Shown here: positions 50,643 to 61,411 of the stretch, in pieces
How the letters are laid out: the number at the start of each line of letters is the position of its first letter
How positions within the stretch are numbered: the first letter of the stretch is position 1
Assembly (NCBI GenBank): GCA_963682135.1
Contig: OY821645.1
Location: 1,184,001-1,248,000 of the forward strand
Length of the DNA: 64,000 nucleotides
DNA from: Methanothrix sp.
Lineage (GTDB): Archaea; Halobacteriota; Methanosarcinia; Methanotrichales; Methanotrichaceae
Direction: 5' to 3'
Notes under the pieces: generated by a model
Told to the model about the DNA's origin: nothing
Database searches by the model: none
Seen by the model: only the letters and a program-made list of their open reading frames with translations
Made by a program: the position numbers and the translations under genes

Positions 50643-52271
50643 TTATTTTAGTGGCTCAAAGGGAGCTATATCATCTGGAATTCCGTCGCTACCCAATGTG
50701 TTATCATGCACAAGTGCTGAATTGCCTGTCAGTTTGCCATTTTTTCCATTATAAATTCCTCCACCATCTTTTGAGGCATGGTTATGATCGATGGAGCCGC
50801 TGTTTAGGTTTAAGGTTCCGCTATTCACAATGCCTCCGCCGAGGCCATCTCCATTCTTATCGGCTGTATTGCCATGTATTCTTGTACCGTCTAGGGTCAT
50901 CTCCCCCCCGCCATTTACAGCACCAGCACCGATCCTTGCAGTGTTGTCGTGGATAGAGCCACCATTCAGATGATTAGCAGATCCACCATAGCAACAGATA
51001 CCGCCACCTGATGAATATGCATCATTGGCAAAAATTGTTCCATTGTGCAAGGTCACTGATCCACCCAGACTATGAACGCCACCACCACTGTTTTTCGCAA
51101 CGTTATTTGAAATGGTGCCACTATGGATACTTATATTTCCACGGTAACCTATATAAATGCCGCCACCACACTGCTCCGCCTCGTTATTCGCCACGGTTCC
51201 ACCATTCAGGTTTATCAATTCTCTATTTCCGTAAATTCCGCCTCCATTGTGTGCAGCGTTATGTATCACGGATGCTCCTTTTTCTAAGTTTACAGTTCCT
51301 TTGTTAAAGATGCCGCCACCATAATATGCATTATTGCCAGAAATTATGCTATCCGTTAAAGTAAGTCTGCCATAGTTGATAATTCCTCCGCCACATATGT
51401 AATTATTTGCGTCATTGTCATCGACAGATACGGAGGTTCCAGTTCCACCCATTATGGTCATCCCGGATAAAGTCACATCTATATTGGATCTATTCTTGCC
51501 TATAATGATCACTGAGCCAGCTTCTGAGCCAGATTGACTTCCATTTATAATGGTTTTGCCCTCTCCAGCTCCCTTTATCTTAAATGGTTTATCGATACGC
51601 AAGTTCTCTTGGTAGGTACCAGCAACTAGAATTATGGTATTACCGGGATCTCCTGCATCAACTGCCTCTTGGATACTTGAATACTTGCGGCCTTGAATAT
51701 AGACATCAGGCTTACCTGATGCAGTGACATCACCATCATTTCCAATTGAAGTTGTAGCCCGGCATTCTCCGTTCTCTAGGTCCAACATCTTGACAGTATC
51801 GTCGTTCGAGCCAGATTCCAGTTTCTTCTCAGGCTCTTTTTGGGCCACTGGCGCTGACGCTTCCACCTCCTCCCGGCAGGCGGCCAGCAGTTCGCCGAAC
51901 GCGACCGGCGTCTCCTGCCGAAAGTCCACGTACTTGTAGCGGCGCAGAGTGTCTGGCAGAGTGCAGTCGGCTAGCAGCAGTGGAACGAAGCGGCGGCCGG
52001 TATTGGTCGGGTCGCGGAAGAGGACCGTGCTGCGTTCAAGCGTCACCCACTCCGAGCCCAGCGCTGCGGGCGAGAGGCAAAGCACCTGCACCCGAGCCGC
52101 TTCTAGCCCCCGTTCGATGGCCAGGTAGATGTCATCCCCTGCCTTGATGACCCAGTCATCGAACCACACCCGCAGCCCGGCTTTCTTCAACCGCTCGGCC
52201 AGCTTGCGCACCTGCGTCTTATCCTGCGAGTTGTGGCTCAGAAATACATCATAGGTGAAGCTATCTGTCAT
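50643..52271 (-). CDS. TIR + single WD40 relic + beta-helix (GGGI-repeat) protein
   Basis: YDVFLSHNSQD, VWFDDW, SEWVTLE; SGSNDDTVKMLDLENGEC; NNA..GGGI repeats. Confidence 0.85.
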   Translation of the reverse strand: MTDSFTYDVFLSHNSQDKTQVRKLAERLKKAGLRVWFDDWVIKAGDDIYLAIERGLEAARVQVLCLSPAALGSEWVTLERSTVLFRDPTNTGRRFVPLLLADCTLPDTLRRYKYVDFRQETPVAFGELLAACREEVEASAPVAQKEPEKKLESGSNDDTVKMLDLENGECRATTSIGNDGDVTASGKPDVYIQGRKYSSIQEAVDAGDPGNTIILVAGTYQENLRIDKPFKIKGAGEGKTIINGSQSGSEAGSVIIIGKNRSNIDVTLSGMTIMGGTGTSVSVDDNDANNYICGGGIINYGRLTLTDSIISGNNAYYGGGIFNKGTVNLEKGASVIHNAAHNGGGIYGNRELINLNGGTVANNEAEQCGGGIYIGYRGNISIHSGTISNNVAKNSGGGVHSLGGSVTLHNGTIFANDAYSSGGGICCYGGSANHLNGGSIHDNTARIGAGAVNGGGEMTLDGTRIHGNTADKNGDGLGGGIVNSGTLNLNSGSIDHNHASKDGGGIYNGKNGKLTGNSALVHDNTLGSDGIPDDIAPFEPLK

Positions 52272-52743
52272 GCCTTATCCCCCCAATTTTCGGCCATTGC
52301 ATGATTGCGTCGCCATCGTCAGCAGGCCAATGACCAAGCTCACCAGAGGCAATAGATCGCAGTGGAATTGCTCATCTGGTGGAGCGCCTTCTTGGTATCT
52401 CAATACTTGAACTTCTCCACTGTTTGCTAGATCTCCTATTTCAGTCTCACCATATAGTTGGCTTTAGGTTGTCGTTAATGTATTGATGCTTGAACACCAG
52501 ATAATCCAGCTTTTTGTACCGGCGAATATTCCGTTTGCTCTTTAGCCACAACAAATCATGCCAAGGAGGAACGGCGAAACTGCTTGGATTAGGTTTCGAG
52601 TCGCATGAAGATGACATCGCTTCCAAAAATTGATTTTGCCTTTTTCAGTCGAAAAGTCTTGAGCCTGAATCCTGCGCCTTTGACCTGGCTTGGCACCTCC
52701 ACAAAGGTGACAGCCAATCTCATGCACCGCCAGTCCGGCCCCC

Positions 52744-53262
52744 TCAGGATTCGCCGCCCGTCCCTTTCTTCTTGCCGACCTCATCCGCCCGGAAGGCCAC
52801 ACCCCTCCTCTCCAGCTCCGCCAGCAGCTCCTCCATGAACACCCCCCGCCCGCTCACGTGCGTGTGCTCGCACTCCCGCACCCGTCCACCCGTGTAGCCG
52901 CTGCTCGTAGTAATAACGCCACAGCTGGGGCTTCCCGCCAGGCCCACGATGCATAGCCGCGTCCCCTGGCGGGCCAGCATCTCTAAGAGGTCCGCGTAGT
53001 CTTCGATCAGGGCGCGGCAGAAGCGACGGAACTGGGGCACGTCGAGCTGATTTCGGGTAACCGCCCAGCGCTCCAGGCCCAGGTAGAGCGCCTCCGGGCA
53101 GGGGAGCTGAACCGTGGGGCCCTCGGGCCGAAAAGGCATGGGTGCGAGCCCCTTCACCCGCGTCAGAGGGTTGAGCAGGCAGTGGGCTGCGACGGTGACC
53201 ACTTTCTCAGCCTGGGCGGCGCCTTTATCTCGATTTTCTTCCGGTTTTGCGGTGGATGTCAT
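52744..53262 (-). CDS. DUF523 / 2-thiouracil desulfurase-related Fe-S protein
   Basis: AHCLLNP, QLPCPE, GSPSCG, GVFMEEL. Confidence 0.85.
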   Translation of the reverse strand: MTSTAKPEENRDKGAAQAEKVVTVAAHCLLNPLTRVKGLAPMPFRPEGPTVQLPCPEALYLGLERWAVTRNQLDVPQFRRFCRALIEDYADLLEMLARQGTRLCIVGLAGSPSCGVITTSSGYTGGRVRECEHTHVSGRGVFMEELLAELERRGVAFRADEVGKKKGTGGES

Positions 53263-53678
53263 TATCTTCCTGAACCGGACTTAATTTGCTTGATATAATG
53301 AAAGAACTGAATACCGTCCATGTCGTCATAAAAGATGATACTCTCTGCCCTCTCTCCCACTTTAATCTTCAGAGTGTTGTTGTGAAACTCATCCACGTAC
53401 AGCACATCATCGATTACATCCAGGGGCACAGTCTGCACGCTGTCCCAGGCAAGTCCCGGCCTCACAAAATGCACATTCTTGTCCGTGGTCACCAGATAGC
53501 CCAGCACCTTGTCCAACATGCCTATCCTGGCGATGGCCAGCATCTGCTCGGATGCCTTGCTTTGCAGGATAGCTGGAGCGATCTGCACCAGCTTCTCGCC
53601 TGCTGCTGCCAGCTTCTTGGCAGTGCGGTTCAGCTTCTTGGGAACCACTATTTCGCCCACTTCTATCGTATCGGTCAT
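53262..53678 (-). CDS. bacterial PH-like domain protein
   Basis: GYLVTTDKNVHFV; overlaps the next gene by 1 nt. Confidence 0.6.
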   Translation of the reverse strand: MTDTIEVGEIVVPKKLNRTAKKLAAAGEKLVQIAPAILQSKASEQMLAIARIGMLDKVLGYLVTTDKNVHFVRPGLAWDSVQTVPLDVIDDVLYVDEFHNNTLKIKVGERAESIIFYDDMDGIQFFHYIKQIKSGSGR

Positions 53679-53756
53679 ATTGATCTGCTTTAGATTATGA
53701 TCGTTTCTTTGTGCGCCCTACGACTTAGTGCTCTGTGATCTCTGTGCCTCTCCATT

Positions 53757-54917
53757 CTAAGTCACAATCTTTTCCAGACAGTCATTCTCCAGAGCGAGAC
53801 GCACCTCGCGCGCCAGCCTGCGGCCTGTGGACATGTTAGTGCGCCAGAGGGCATTTCCATAGGGATGCCCGACGGCCATGTGCACATTTGTGCCGCCGCC
53901 GATACGCGGAGCAACATCGTAGATGTAGAAGTTGAGGTCCTTGTCCACACAGGTCTGCAGACAGAAGGGACCGATGATGCCGGGAGAATAGTACTCCTGC
54001 GTCGCCTCCACATACTTCTCAGCCAGAACAAAGGCCTTCTCCAGGAGCGACTCGCGCAGAGTTGCCGAGTTATGGCCGCAGACGGTGTACTCGGGATTGA
54101 TCTGCTTGTCGTTAAGAGTAAGCTGCTGAGGCGCAGGCAATCGGCAGTGCCCGTCCAGTGATGTCTCGAAACGCCAATCTATGCCGATCAGCTCGATCTG
54201 CTTGCTGATGGGCGAGTAGAAGAAGTCCAGATTGAATACCGGCCCGATCACGTAGCGCTCAATTCTGGCCAGCTCAATTCCGTCCTGATCAATCACATTC
54301 TGACGCAAAAGCTGATCGGCCTTCTGACAATACTCCTCGTAGGAGGCGGCTGTGAAGAATCCCCTCTCCAGGGTCTTTACTGCATGAGGCAGCTTGACCA
54401 TCACTAGCTCTTTGATATCCTCTGCCTCTACGGGCTCGGGGTATGGCAGCCCTGCCTTCTCCAGTATCCAGTAATAATCCCTCTTGTCGCCCCGCTCCTC
54501 GGAACGAAGCAGGTTTCGAGAGCCCAGAAGAGGAATCTGAAACTGATCTTCAACGGCATCAATGCCGCAGTAAGAGGTAAACGACCGATTGGGCACGAAA
54601 AGAGTATTCTTGGCCTTGAGAAAATCCTGATTCTCCTGCTCTAAAATCTGGGAAAATTTTTTGAGCATCAGGACCTCGTCGATCATGCCGTTTATGATTC
54701 TGCCAGACTTATCCCGACCGGCGCGGAAGTACTTGACATAAGGCTTCTCCCGCCCCTCCTGGCACACCGCCAGCGTCCGGAAATTCTCCTCTACTGCGCC
54801 GTCTGCCGTATCCAGGGCAGAATGGGATGCAATCATCCCGATTCGCAGATCATCGAGGTCGTATCCCCTCAAGACCTCTAATACCTTGCTGCGATCCATC
54901 AAGTCAGAGCACCTCAA
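53757..54917 (-). CDS. purP: PurP family ATP-grasp ligase (DUF1246/DUF1297)
   Basis: SHSALD, ERGFF, TLRESLL, IIGPFCLQ, APRIGGGTN. Confidence 0.88.
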   Translation of the reverse strand: MRCSDLMDRSKVLEVLRGYDLDDLRIGMIASHSALDTADGAVEENFRTLAVCQEGREKPYVKYFRAGRDKSGRIINGMIDEVLMLKKFSQILEQENQDFLKAKNTLFVPNRSFTSYCGIDAVEDQFQIPLLGSRNLLRSEERGDKRDYYWILEKAGLPYPEPVEAEDIKELVMVKLPHAVKTLERGFFTAASYEEYCQKADQLLRQNVIDQDGIELARIERYVIGPVFNLDFFYSPISKQIELIGIDWRFETSLDGHCRLPAPQQLTLNDKQINPEYTVCGHNSATLRESLLEKAFVLAEKYVEATQEYYSPGIIGPFCLQTCVDKDLNFYIYDVAPRIGGGTNVHMAVGHPYGNALWRTNMSTGRRLAREVRLALENDCLEKIVT

Positions 54918-54956
54918 AATAATTATGTTGTCCCCTCATATTTCCATCCCGATTTA

Positions 54957-55727
54957 TCAAGATGACCCCACTCCCACCAGGAGTTCGCCTTTGCCGTTAT
55001 CAACCAGGTCGCCTGCATACTTCTGGAAGGCCAAGCCATCAACCTGCACGACCTCCAATCTTTGGAAGCTGGGCAGAACCTTGGCCTCTCCTTTTACAGT
55101 TATAGTTCCTTTGCTCATCTCCGCGCCCGGCAGATAGGCGCGACCACCGATGAAGATTGTGCCGCCCTGATTGGCGGCTCCGGGAAAGTCGCCCGCATCC
55201 CCAAGGACGCGAATGCTGCCCCCGCAAAGATGCTCGCCGAGGTATGCCCCCGCGTTTCCCCTTACCTCGATCTCTCCGCCGCGCATGCCGCACTTCTCAC
55301 CCCGGTATCCGCCGCCCAGGTAGTTTCCGGCATTCCCCATGACGACAACCTTGCCGCCCCGCATCTCCCTGGCCAGCCAGTCGTCGGCATTGCCGGCAAT
55401 GCTCAAAAGGCCGCCTTTCATATTATTGCCAGCATGCATGCCCACGCTTCCTTCAGCCAGCACCACTCCCGCGGTCATGCCTTCTGCGATTCTCTTTACG
55501 GAAGAGAAGTCGCCTACAAGCCGAATGCTAATCTCTTCAGCCTTTGCCGGCGCATCATCGCCTTCTATCACAAAAAGGTCGGATAACGTGCGCTGCCTAT
55601 TTCCCTGCCAGACAGCCAGGCTCTTTATCTGGCTCAAGGTGAGAGGCGCAAACTTGTCGGGTGATATGTTTTCCGCCTCTACGGAGATGCGAAATGCCCC
55701 CTTGGGTGCAATGGTTATATTTCTCAT
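54957..55727 (-). CDS. fwdC: formylmethanofuran dehydrogenase subunit C
   Basis: GxxMxGG beta-helix repeats, YRGEKCGMRGG. Confidence 0.93.
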   Translation of the reverse strand: MRNITIAPKGAFRISVEAENISPDKFAPLTLSQIKSLAVWQGNRQRTLSDLFVIEGDDAPAKAEEISIRLVGDFSSVKRIAEGMTAGVVLAEGSVGMHAGNNMKGGLLSIAGNADDWLAREMRGGKVVVMGNAGNYLGGGYRGEKCGMRGGEIEVRGNAGAYLGEHLCGGSIRVLGDAGDFPGAANQGGTIFIGGRAYLPGAEMSKGTITVKGEAKVLPSFQRLEVVQVDGLAFQKYAGDLVDNGKGELLVGVGSS

Positions 55728-57428
55728 CTAAGCCACCCCCCGAGGAACAGGAAGACCTGCCCGAATTACTTTCCCATGGGGAAGATAGGCATCCTGCACC
55801 GCGTAATTGGCGATCTGCACGCTATAGTACCTGGCGAACTTCTCCTCCAGATCAACCATAAGCCGGTCTGTGTCCGGCTGAGGCACGACGGCATCCACCC
55901 AGAAGGTTCTGCCCGGCGGCGTTGCCAGAATCTGACCCTCCTTGGATACAACCACTCCACCTTTTATGGTGTACTTGGCCTTTGCCAGAGATTTCTTAAC
56001 CAGCGCATGATCCTGGCTGGTATCCACTTCCTCAGGCCGCAGGTCGTAAATGGACACATCCCCGTCAGCCCCCGGTCCCAGGTGTCCTTTATCGTCCAAT
56101 CCCAGGATACGCGCCGGAGCCGCGCGCGTCATTATGGCGATATCCGTCCAGTCCATCTCCCTCTCAATGCTGCCAAGCGTAGTGCGTTTAGGCACCTGAT
56201 CATGCAGCGTGGCCATCTCCACTTCCCTCTTGGGACGGCTCATAAGCAATGTGATGACCTCAGGATAATTAACAAAGGGGCTGCCATTGGGATGATCTGT
56301 GGTCATGAGCACCTTCCAGGGATCTTTAACCAGCAAGGCCAGTTCCAGTCCTATAGCCCATTGCACGGCATTGACCAGCATCTTTCTGAAGTAGGCCATG
56401 GGCACCACGCCGCTTGACTCCTCCAGCTCGATATCGTGATTGGACCACTTGTTATGAGTGAGACGGGCATTGCCGTACTCCAGAGGAGCATCGGCGGTCA
56501 TGGTGGTGGCGCTGCCGAAGAGCAACTGCCCCATATCCATGGTAGCATGGCTGTGACAATTGAAGTAGTCAGCAATAACGGGAGCTTTGGACTCGAAGTC
56601 GCGCCAGCTTGTTCCTCCGTAGGCGGAAAACTGCATGTGCGCCACGTGCACGACCTGTCTCATGCGGCTGGGCTTGATGTCCTTTAGCATATCCAGAGTC
56701 TCGATGGCCGTGGTGTAGTTGCCGGGCTTGCCCAGGTTATTGAAGTGCAGATGAATAGAATGGGGCAGGTGTAGCATCTCATTGGCCTCTGCCAGTCCCC
56801 GGATGATCTCCGCGGGAGTCACATCGAAATTGGGCACGGTATCATTGACGCCCTTAACATTAGCTCCAAATCCCCAGGCCTCGCCTCCGCCGGGATTCAC
56901 GATCTTTACGCCGTAGCCCCGAGCAGCTCGCAGCCCCCAGGCCAGGTAGGCAGCCAGCTTGGATAGGTCTTTGTCGCGCACGCACTCCATGACCTGCCAG
57001 TTGTTGCCAAACAGAGTGAGAGCTCCTTTATCGATGATAGGGATCTCCTCCAGCTCTTCATGGGTATGCCGCGCCTCCAGTATGGGCGTGGCCGCTTCGA
57101 AGGCGGTGGTGTAACCCATGCGAGCATAGCGATAGCCCATAGCATAGCAGTTGGGAACGGTATAGCCTGTCGAGGGCCTGCAGACTGCCGAGCGGGCTTC
57201 GGTGCCCAGTCGGGCATCATCGGGCCTCATAATCCGGCCGGTGTTCACCTTCTTGCCGGCAATGTGGGAGTGAGCATCGACTCCGCCAGGCATGACCAGA
57301 AGGCCGCGGGCATCTATCTCTTCCCCTTTGGCCGACTCGACCATTCTGCCCTTATCAATAAAAAGGTCCATCTCATCGCCATAGATGCCGTTTGCCGGAT
57401 CGTAGACAATTCCACCTCTGATTATCAT
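55728..57428 (-). CDS. fwdA: formylmethanofuran dehydrogenase subunit A
   Basis: DAHSHIAG, KIVNPGG, TTDHPNG. Confidence 0.96.
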   Translation of the reverse strand: MIIRGGIVYDPANGIYGDEMDLFIDKGRMVESAKGEEIDARGLLVMPGGVDAHSHIAGKKVNTGRIMRPDDARLGTEARSAVCRPSTGYTVPNCYAMGYRYARMGYTTAFEAATPILEARHTHEELEEIPIIDKGALTLFGNNWQVMECVRDKDLSKLAAYLAWGLRAARGYGVKIVNPGGGEAWGFGANVKGVNDTVPNFDVTPAEIIRGLAEANEMLHLPHSIHLHFNNLGKPGNYTTAIETLDMLKDIKPSRMRQVVHVAHMQFSAYGGTSWRDFESKAPVIADYFNCHSHATMDMGQLLFGSATTMTADAPLEYGNARLTHNKWSNHDIELEESSGVVPMAYFRKMLVNAVQWAIGLELALLVKDPWKVLMTTDHPNGSPFVNYPEVITLLMSRPKREVEMATLHDQVPKRTTLGSIEREMDWTDIAIMTRAAPARILGLDDKGHLGPGADGDVSIYDLRPEEVDTSQDHALVKKSLAKAKYTIKGGVVVSKEGQILATPPGRTFWVDAVVPQPDTDRLMVDLEEKFARYYSVQIANYAVQDAYLPHGKVIRAGLPVPRGVA

Positions 57429-57432
57429 CTCT

Positions 57433-58752
57433 TCAAGCCCCCTCGTTTGCCTTCATTTGGCGCTGCTTATGCACGCTCTCCAGTATTCCCGCCAGTATCT
57501 CTTCGTCGCTGGGAAGATTGCAGTCCACCAGCTTTCTCAAGCGCAAAGCCAGGCCATCCATGCGATAGGCTGTACCCTCCGCTTCTACTCCGGCAATTGC
57601 ACAGGGAATGACCACATCGGAAAGGATGGTCGTGGGATTCTCATAAGGATCGATCTGAATGACCGGAATGCTTGCCAGGCCTTGGGCAGTGGCGTGGGGG
57701 AAGTTGGATACGGCATCTGCTGCTATGATCAGCGCCGCATCGACATCTCTCTTGGCAAGAAGATCGCAGGCTGCCGTCTCGCCGGGATTGAAATAGGGCG
57801 CACCCCTGGTGAAGTCTACTGACATGGGATATCCGGAAGACCAGGCCAAGACCTGCCCGATTCCGCCGACATTATAGTGACCACGCATGGGCATAATCAC
57901 AAATTTGGTATGGCTGTTCAGCTCTGCCACCAGGGAGAGGGCATTATCTATGTTCTTGTACCGGCCCCTGCTATGAGTGATGCCCAGACCGAAGAAGATC
58001 GCTCCGAACCTGGCAGCTTTCAGCGTAGCCGCAATATCAGTCAGATCAGCCTTGTGGACGCCCCCCACCTCATCAGGCAGGCCCTCACCTTTTCCGGCTA
58101 TAAGCATGCGCAGCGCCGAGATCACCTCATAATCAGAGCCGGGGTTTATCCTCAGGAATTTGTCTGCATTCTTGGAGGTTCTGGTCTCGCGAACATCTAC
58201 TACGATGATCTTTCGGCCCTCGCGACCCTGGGGTGTGAATTTGCCGCAGGAATTGGATGAGTAGCGCAGAGAATGTCGAGGGTGAGCTTCCGCGGGATTG
58301 CAGCCCCAAAAGACAATAGTGTCTGCCCGGTTCTTCACCTGGCCTAAGGTTGCCCCGGGCAGCCCCTTCTCCTCGATGCCTATGACGGACGGTCCGTGGC
58401 AGACGGTAGCAGTGGAGTCGAGCACGCCACCTACCTCCTCAGCCAGAAGAATGCCCTTTTTGGCAGCCTCGCATGATGTGGAAGCCCAGCCGTAGAGGAG
58501 AGGTTTGGCCGCAGCCAAGAGGATCTCTGCAGCGCGCTCGTATGCCTCGGGAAAGCTCGCCGCCACCAGCACGCCGCCCTTGCGAATCATGGGGCTTTCG
58601 ATTCGCCCATGACCCATTATCTTGCTGGAGCCCAGGCGGCAAGCATGCCTGACCCTCGACACCTTGCCATCTTCTATCTCCACATTAATATCATCGCACA
58701 GGCAGCCGCAAAAGGAGCATACGGCATCTTTTATCATAATAGCTTCAGACAT
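57433..58752 (-). CDS. fwdB: formylmethanofuran dehydrogenase subunit B (Cys-ligated)
   Basis: CSFCGCLCDD, TVCHGP, HPRH, MRGHYNV; ATG 58752 preferred. Confidence 0.95.
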   Translation of the reverse strand: MSEAIMIKDAVCSFCGCLCDDINVEIEDGKVSRVRHACRLGSSKIMGHGRIESPMIRKGGVLVAASFPEAYERAAEILLAAAKPLLYGWASTSCEAAKKGILLAEEVGGVLDSTATVCHGPSVIGIEEKGLPGATLGQVKNRADTIVFWGCNPAEAHPRHSLRYSSNSCGKFTPQGREGRKIIVVDVRETRTSKNADKFLRINPGSDYEVISALRMLIAGKGEGLPDEVGGVHKADLTDIAATLKAARFGAIFFGLGITHSRGRYKNIDNALSLVAELNSHTKFVIMPMRGHYNVGGIGQVLAWSSGYPMSVDFTRGAPYFNPGETAACDLLAKRDVDAALIIAADAVSNFPHATAQGLASIPVIQIDPYENPTTILSDVVIPCAIAGVEAEGTAYRMDGLALRLRKLVDCNLPSDEEILAGILESVHKQRQMKANEGA

Positions 58753-59140
58753 TGCCAGACGCCCCTTTGCCGGCCATGCCGGAAAAAAGCTCGCGAATAT
58801 TAAGAACAGGCGAATTTGTCGCGGCCACATCCACTTCTAATCCCTTAAAATGGGGCGTGCCGCATCCTCCTGTCTCCGTTCCGACTATTACATTGGCCCA
58901 GGGACCCATGGGTATGAATACCATGCTATCCGGCAGCCCGCCGTCCATCTTTGCCGTGAGCACCACCTGTCCGTAATCGTTCTTGATCAGGACATTGCGT
59001 CCCTCGGACAACTCCAGCGATTTAAAATCATTTTCAGACAAATGGCATATAGATACTGCTTTGAAGAAATCGGGAGACATTTTATTCTCGCACCCCGCCC
59101 CTTGGGCTAAAGTGCGCCCGGAGATCATGGTCGCCAACAA
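58745..59140 (-). CDS. fwdD: formylmethanofuran dehydrogenase subunit D
   Basis: SGRTLAQG, FIPMGPWAN, GTPHFKG. Confidence 0.93.
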   Translation of the reverse strand: MLATMISGRTLAQGAGCENKMSPDFFKAVSICHLSENDFKSLELSEGRNVLIKNDYGQVVLTAKMDGGLPDSMVFIPMGPWANVIVGTETGGCGTPHFKGLEVDVAATNSPVLNIRELFSGMAGKGASGNV

Positions 59141-59305
59141 TTCGTATCACCTGAGCTATCTAATCCCTCATTCCCATTGCCGGTAATAAAAGGTGCTGTT
59201 GTCATTTTATTATTTTTATGCAGTATTTTCTAGAGGCTCTTCTCGGGAATTTTTCGTGCATTACTTTAATATACATCATTATCATGAGAATACAGTCCAC
59301 TGATC

Positions 59306-59815
59306 ATGGAGTTGAGTTTTTTGGCGGGCAAAGCTTGGAAGTTTGGAAACGATATCGATACGGATGCCATCATTCCCGGACGCTATCTGGTTATCAATGA
59401 TCCGGGAGAGCTGGCAGCTCATCTCTTCGAGGGCGTTCGCCCGGAGATGGCAAAGATGGTGGCTCAGGGCGACTACGTAGTGGCCGGGGAGAACTTCGGA
59501 TGCGGATCCTCCCGAGAGCATGCCCCCATAGCCATGAAGGGCGCTGGAGTCAAAGCAGTTGTTGCCAAATCCTTTGCCAGAATATTCTTTAGAAACTCCA
59601 TCAACATCGGCCTGCCTCTGTTTATCTGCCCCCAGGTGGATAGAATCGCTGATGGTGCGCAAATAGAGATAGACATGATCGGTGGTGTGATTTACAACAA
59701 ATCCAGCGCTGAAGAATACAAAACGACCCCTCTTCCCAATTTTCTCCAGGAGATTGTTGATGTAGGAGGACTCGTGGAATATACCAGGCGACAGGTGGCC
59801 AAGGTGACGACATGA
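59306..59815 (+). CDS. leuD: 3-isopropylmalate dehydratase small subunit (or homoaconitase-type paralog)
   Basis: [30 protein letters not shown]. Confidence 0.88.
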   Translation: MELSFLAGKAWKFGNDIDTDAIIPGRYLVINDPGELAAHLFEGVRPEMAKMVAQGDYVVAGENFGCGSSREHAPIAMKGAGVKAVVAKSFARIFFRNSINIGLPLFICPQVDRIADGAQIEIDMIGGVIYNKSSAEEYKTTPLPNFLQEIVDVGGLVEYTRRQVAKVTT

Positions 59816-60936
59816 ATTATAAAGTACCAGTTATCCCAGGTGACGGCATCGGCCCGGAGATCATTGCTGAGGGCCAGAAAGTTTTGCAAGCGGCAGCAGA
59901 CAAATACAATTTCTCCCTGGATTGGACAGAGTATTCTCTGGGAGCGGAGCACTACCTGAAGACAGGAGAGCTTGTGAGCGAAGAGACTCTAAAAGATCTG
60001 GGACGCTTTCCTGCCATCTACCTGGGTGCCATCGGCGACCCACGGGTACCCCCAGGCATCCTGGAAAAAGGCGTACTGCTGGCCATGCGTTTCTACTTTG
60101 ATCAGTATGTGAATTTGCGGCCCGTTAAGCTCCTGGAAGGCGTCTGGACGCCACTCAAGGATAAGACGTCCAAGGACATCGATTTCGTGGTGGTTCGCGA
60201 GAATACGGAGGACTTCTACATAGGCATAGGCAGTCGCGCACGCCGGGGCAAGAGCCACGCAGATTTTGAAATCAAGCGAACGCTCTACAATATAAAATTC
60301 GGCCTGGATATAGATACCGATAGCGACGAGATTGGCTATCAGATAGGGGAAGTCAGCCGCGAGGGCTGCAAGCGTGTCATAAAATATGCCTTTGATCTGG
60401 CGGCAAAGCGAGACCGTCAGGTATCTTCCGTGGACAAGGCCAATGTGCTCAGCGATATCTATGGCTTTTGGCGCGAGGTCTTCCTGGATGTTGCCAAAGG
60501 CTATCCGCAGGTCAAACACGACTTCAACTTTGTGGATGCCATTACCATGTGGTTTGTCAAGAACCCGGAGTGGTTTGATGTCGTAGTCGCTCCCAACATG
60601 TTCGGAGATATTATTACCGATCTGGGGGCCATGATTCAGGGGGGCCTGGGCCTGGCACCCGGTGCGAATCTGAATCCGGAGGGCACCAGCATGTTTGAGC
60701 CCATTCACGGTTCAGCACCCAAATACAAGGGACAGAATAAGGTCAACCCCATTGCCACCATATGGTCAGGGGCACTATTGCTGGAGCATCTTGGCCAGAG
60801 CAAAGCGGCAGCAGATATAGTCACTGCCATTGAGCGGAACTTATTTGAAGGCAGAATAAAAACGTATGATTTGGGAGGAAGCTCGACCACCTCTGAGGTT
60901 GGCTCAGAGATAGCTCGCCTAGTGGGACTTGTCTAA
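59812..60936 (+). CDS. leuB: 3-isopropylmalate dehydrogenase family
   Basis: [33 protein letters not shown]. Confidence 0.88.
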   Translation: MNYKVPVIPGDGIGPEIIAEGQKVLQAAADKYNFSLDWTEYSLGAEHYLKTGELVSEETLKDLGRFPAIYLGAIGDPRVPPGILEKGVLLAMRFYFDQYVNLRPVKLLEGVWTPLKDKTSKDIDFVVVRENTEDFYIGIGSRARRGKSHADFEIKRTLYNIKFGLDIDTDSDEIGYQIGEVSREGCKRVIKYAFDLAAKRDRQVSSVDKANVLSDIYGFWREVFLDVAKGYPQVKHDFNFVDAITMWFVKNPEWFDVVVAPNMFGDIITDLGAMIQGGLGLAPGANLNPEGTSMFEPIHGSAPKYKGQNKVNPIATIWSGALLLEHLGQSKAAADIVTAIERNLFEGRIKTYDLGGSSTTSEVGSEIARLVGLV

Positions 60937-61022
60937 GTCCCACAAGGGAAAAGGCTTTTATGTGGGATGCTTTTATCCTCAGTAAGTGCAGCATAATAGT
61001 CGTGAGGCATGTCAGGCAGCGG

Positions 61023-61113
61023 GGGCTCGTAGCTCAGTTAGGCAGAGCGTCTGGCTTTTAAATTTTTGTGTGAAGATACCAGGTGGTCGAGGGTTCAAAT
61101 CCCCCCGAGCCCG
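61023..61113 (+). tRNA. tRNA-Lys(UUU) with a 17-nt intron at position 37/38 (61061-61077)
   Basis: Acceptor stem GGGCTCG/CGAGCCC, D arm, anticodon CT-TTT-A, T-loop GTTCAAAT, BHB-compatible intron. Confidence 0.92.
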
Positions 61114-61164
61114 TTTGGAGTTTCCTGGCCTGTTTGCTGCTCCTTCTCCAATAAGGTGGTTTGA

Positions 61165-61401
61165 GTGACCAAGTTTGCCGTAAAAGATCATGAAATGGTT
61201 CCGGAACATGTGCTGCTCACACCGGAAGAGTGTGCCGAGGTGTTGAAATCATATAATATAGATGCACCTCAGCTACCTAAAATTCACGTAACTGACCCTG
61301 CGGCTAAAGAGATCGAGGCGAAAGTTGGCGATATCATCAAGGTAATCCGAAAGAGTACAACAGCTAAGCAATCGATCTTTTACCGGCTGGTAATCGATTA
61401 A
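61165..61401 (+). CDS. rpoH: RNA polymerase subunit H (Rpo5)
   Basis: HEMVPEH, QLPKI..DP, YRLV. Confidence 0.96.
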   Translation: MTKFAVKDHEMVPEHVLLTPEECAEVLKSYNIDAPQLPKIHVTDPAAKEIEAKVGDIIKVIRKSTTAKQSIFYRLVID

Positions 61402-61411
61402 GGGTGGTCTT

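Noticed and set aside
54957-59140. fwdDBAC in an acetoclastic methanogen as a novelty
   Set aside because: Known in Methanothrix genomes.
61061-61077. Insertion in tRNA-Lys
   Set aside because: Ordinary canonical-position archaeal tRNA intron.
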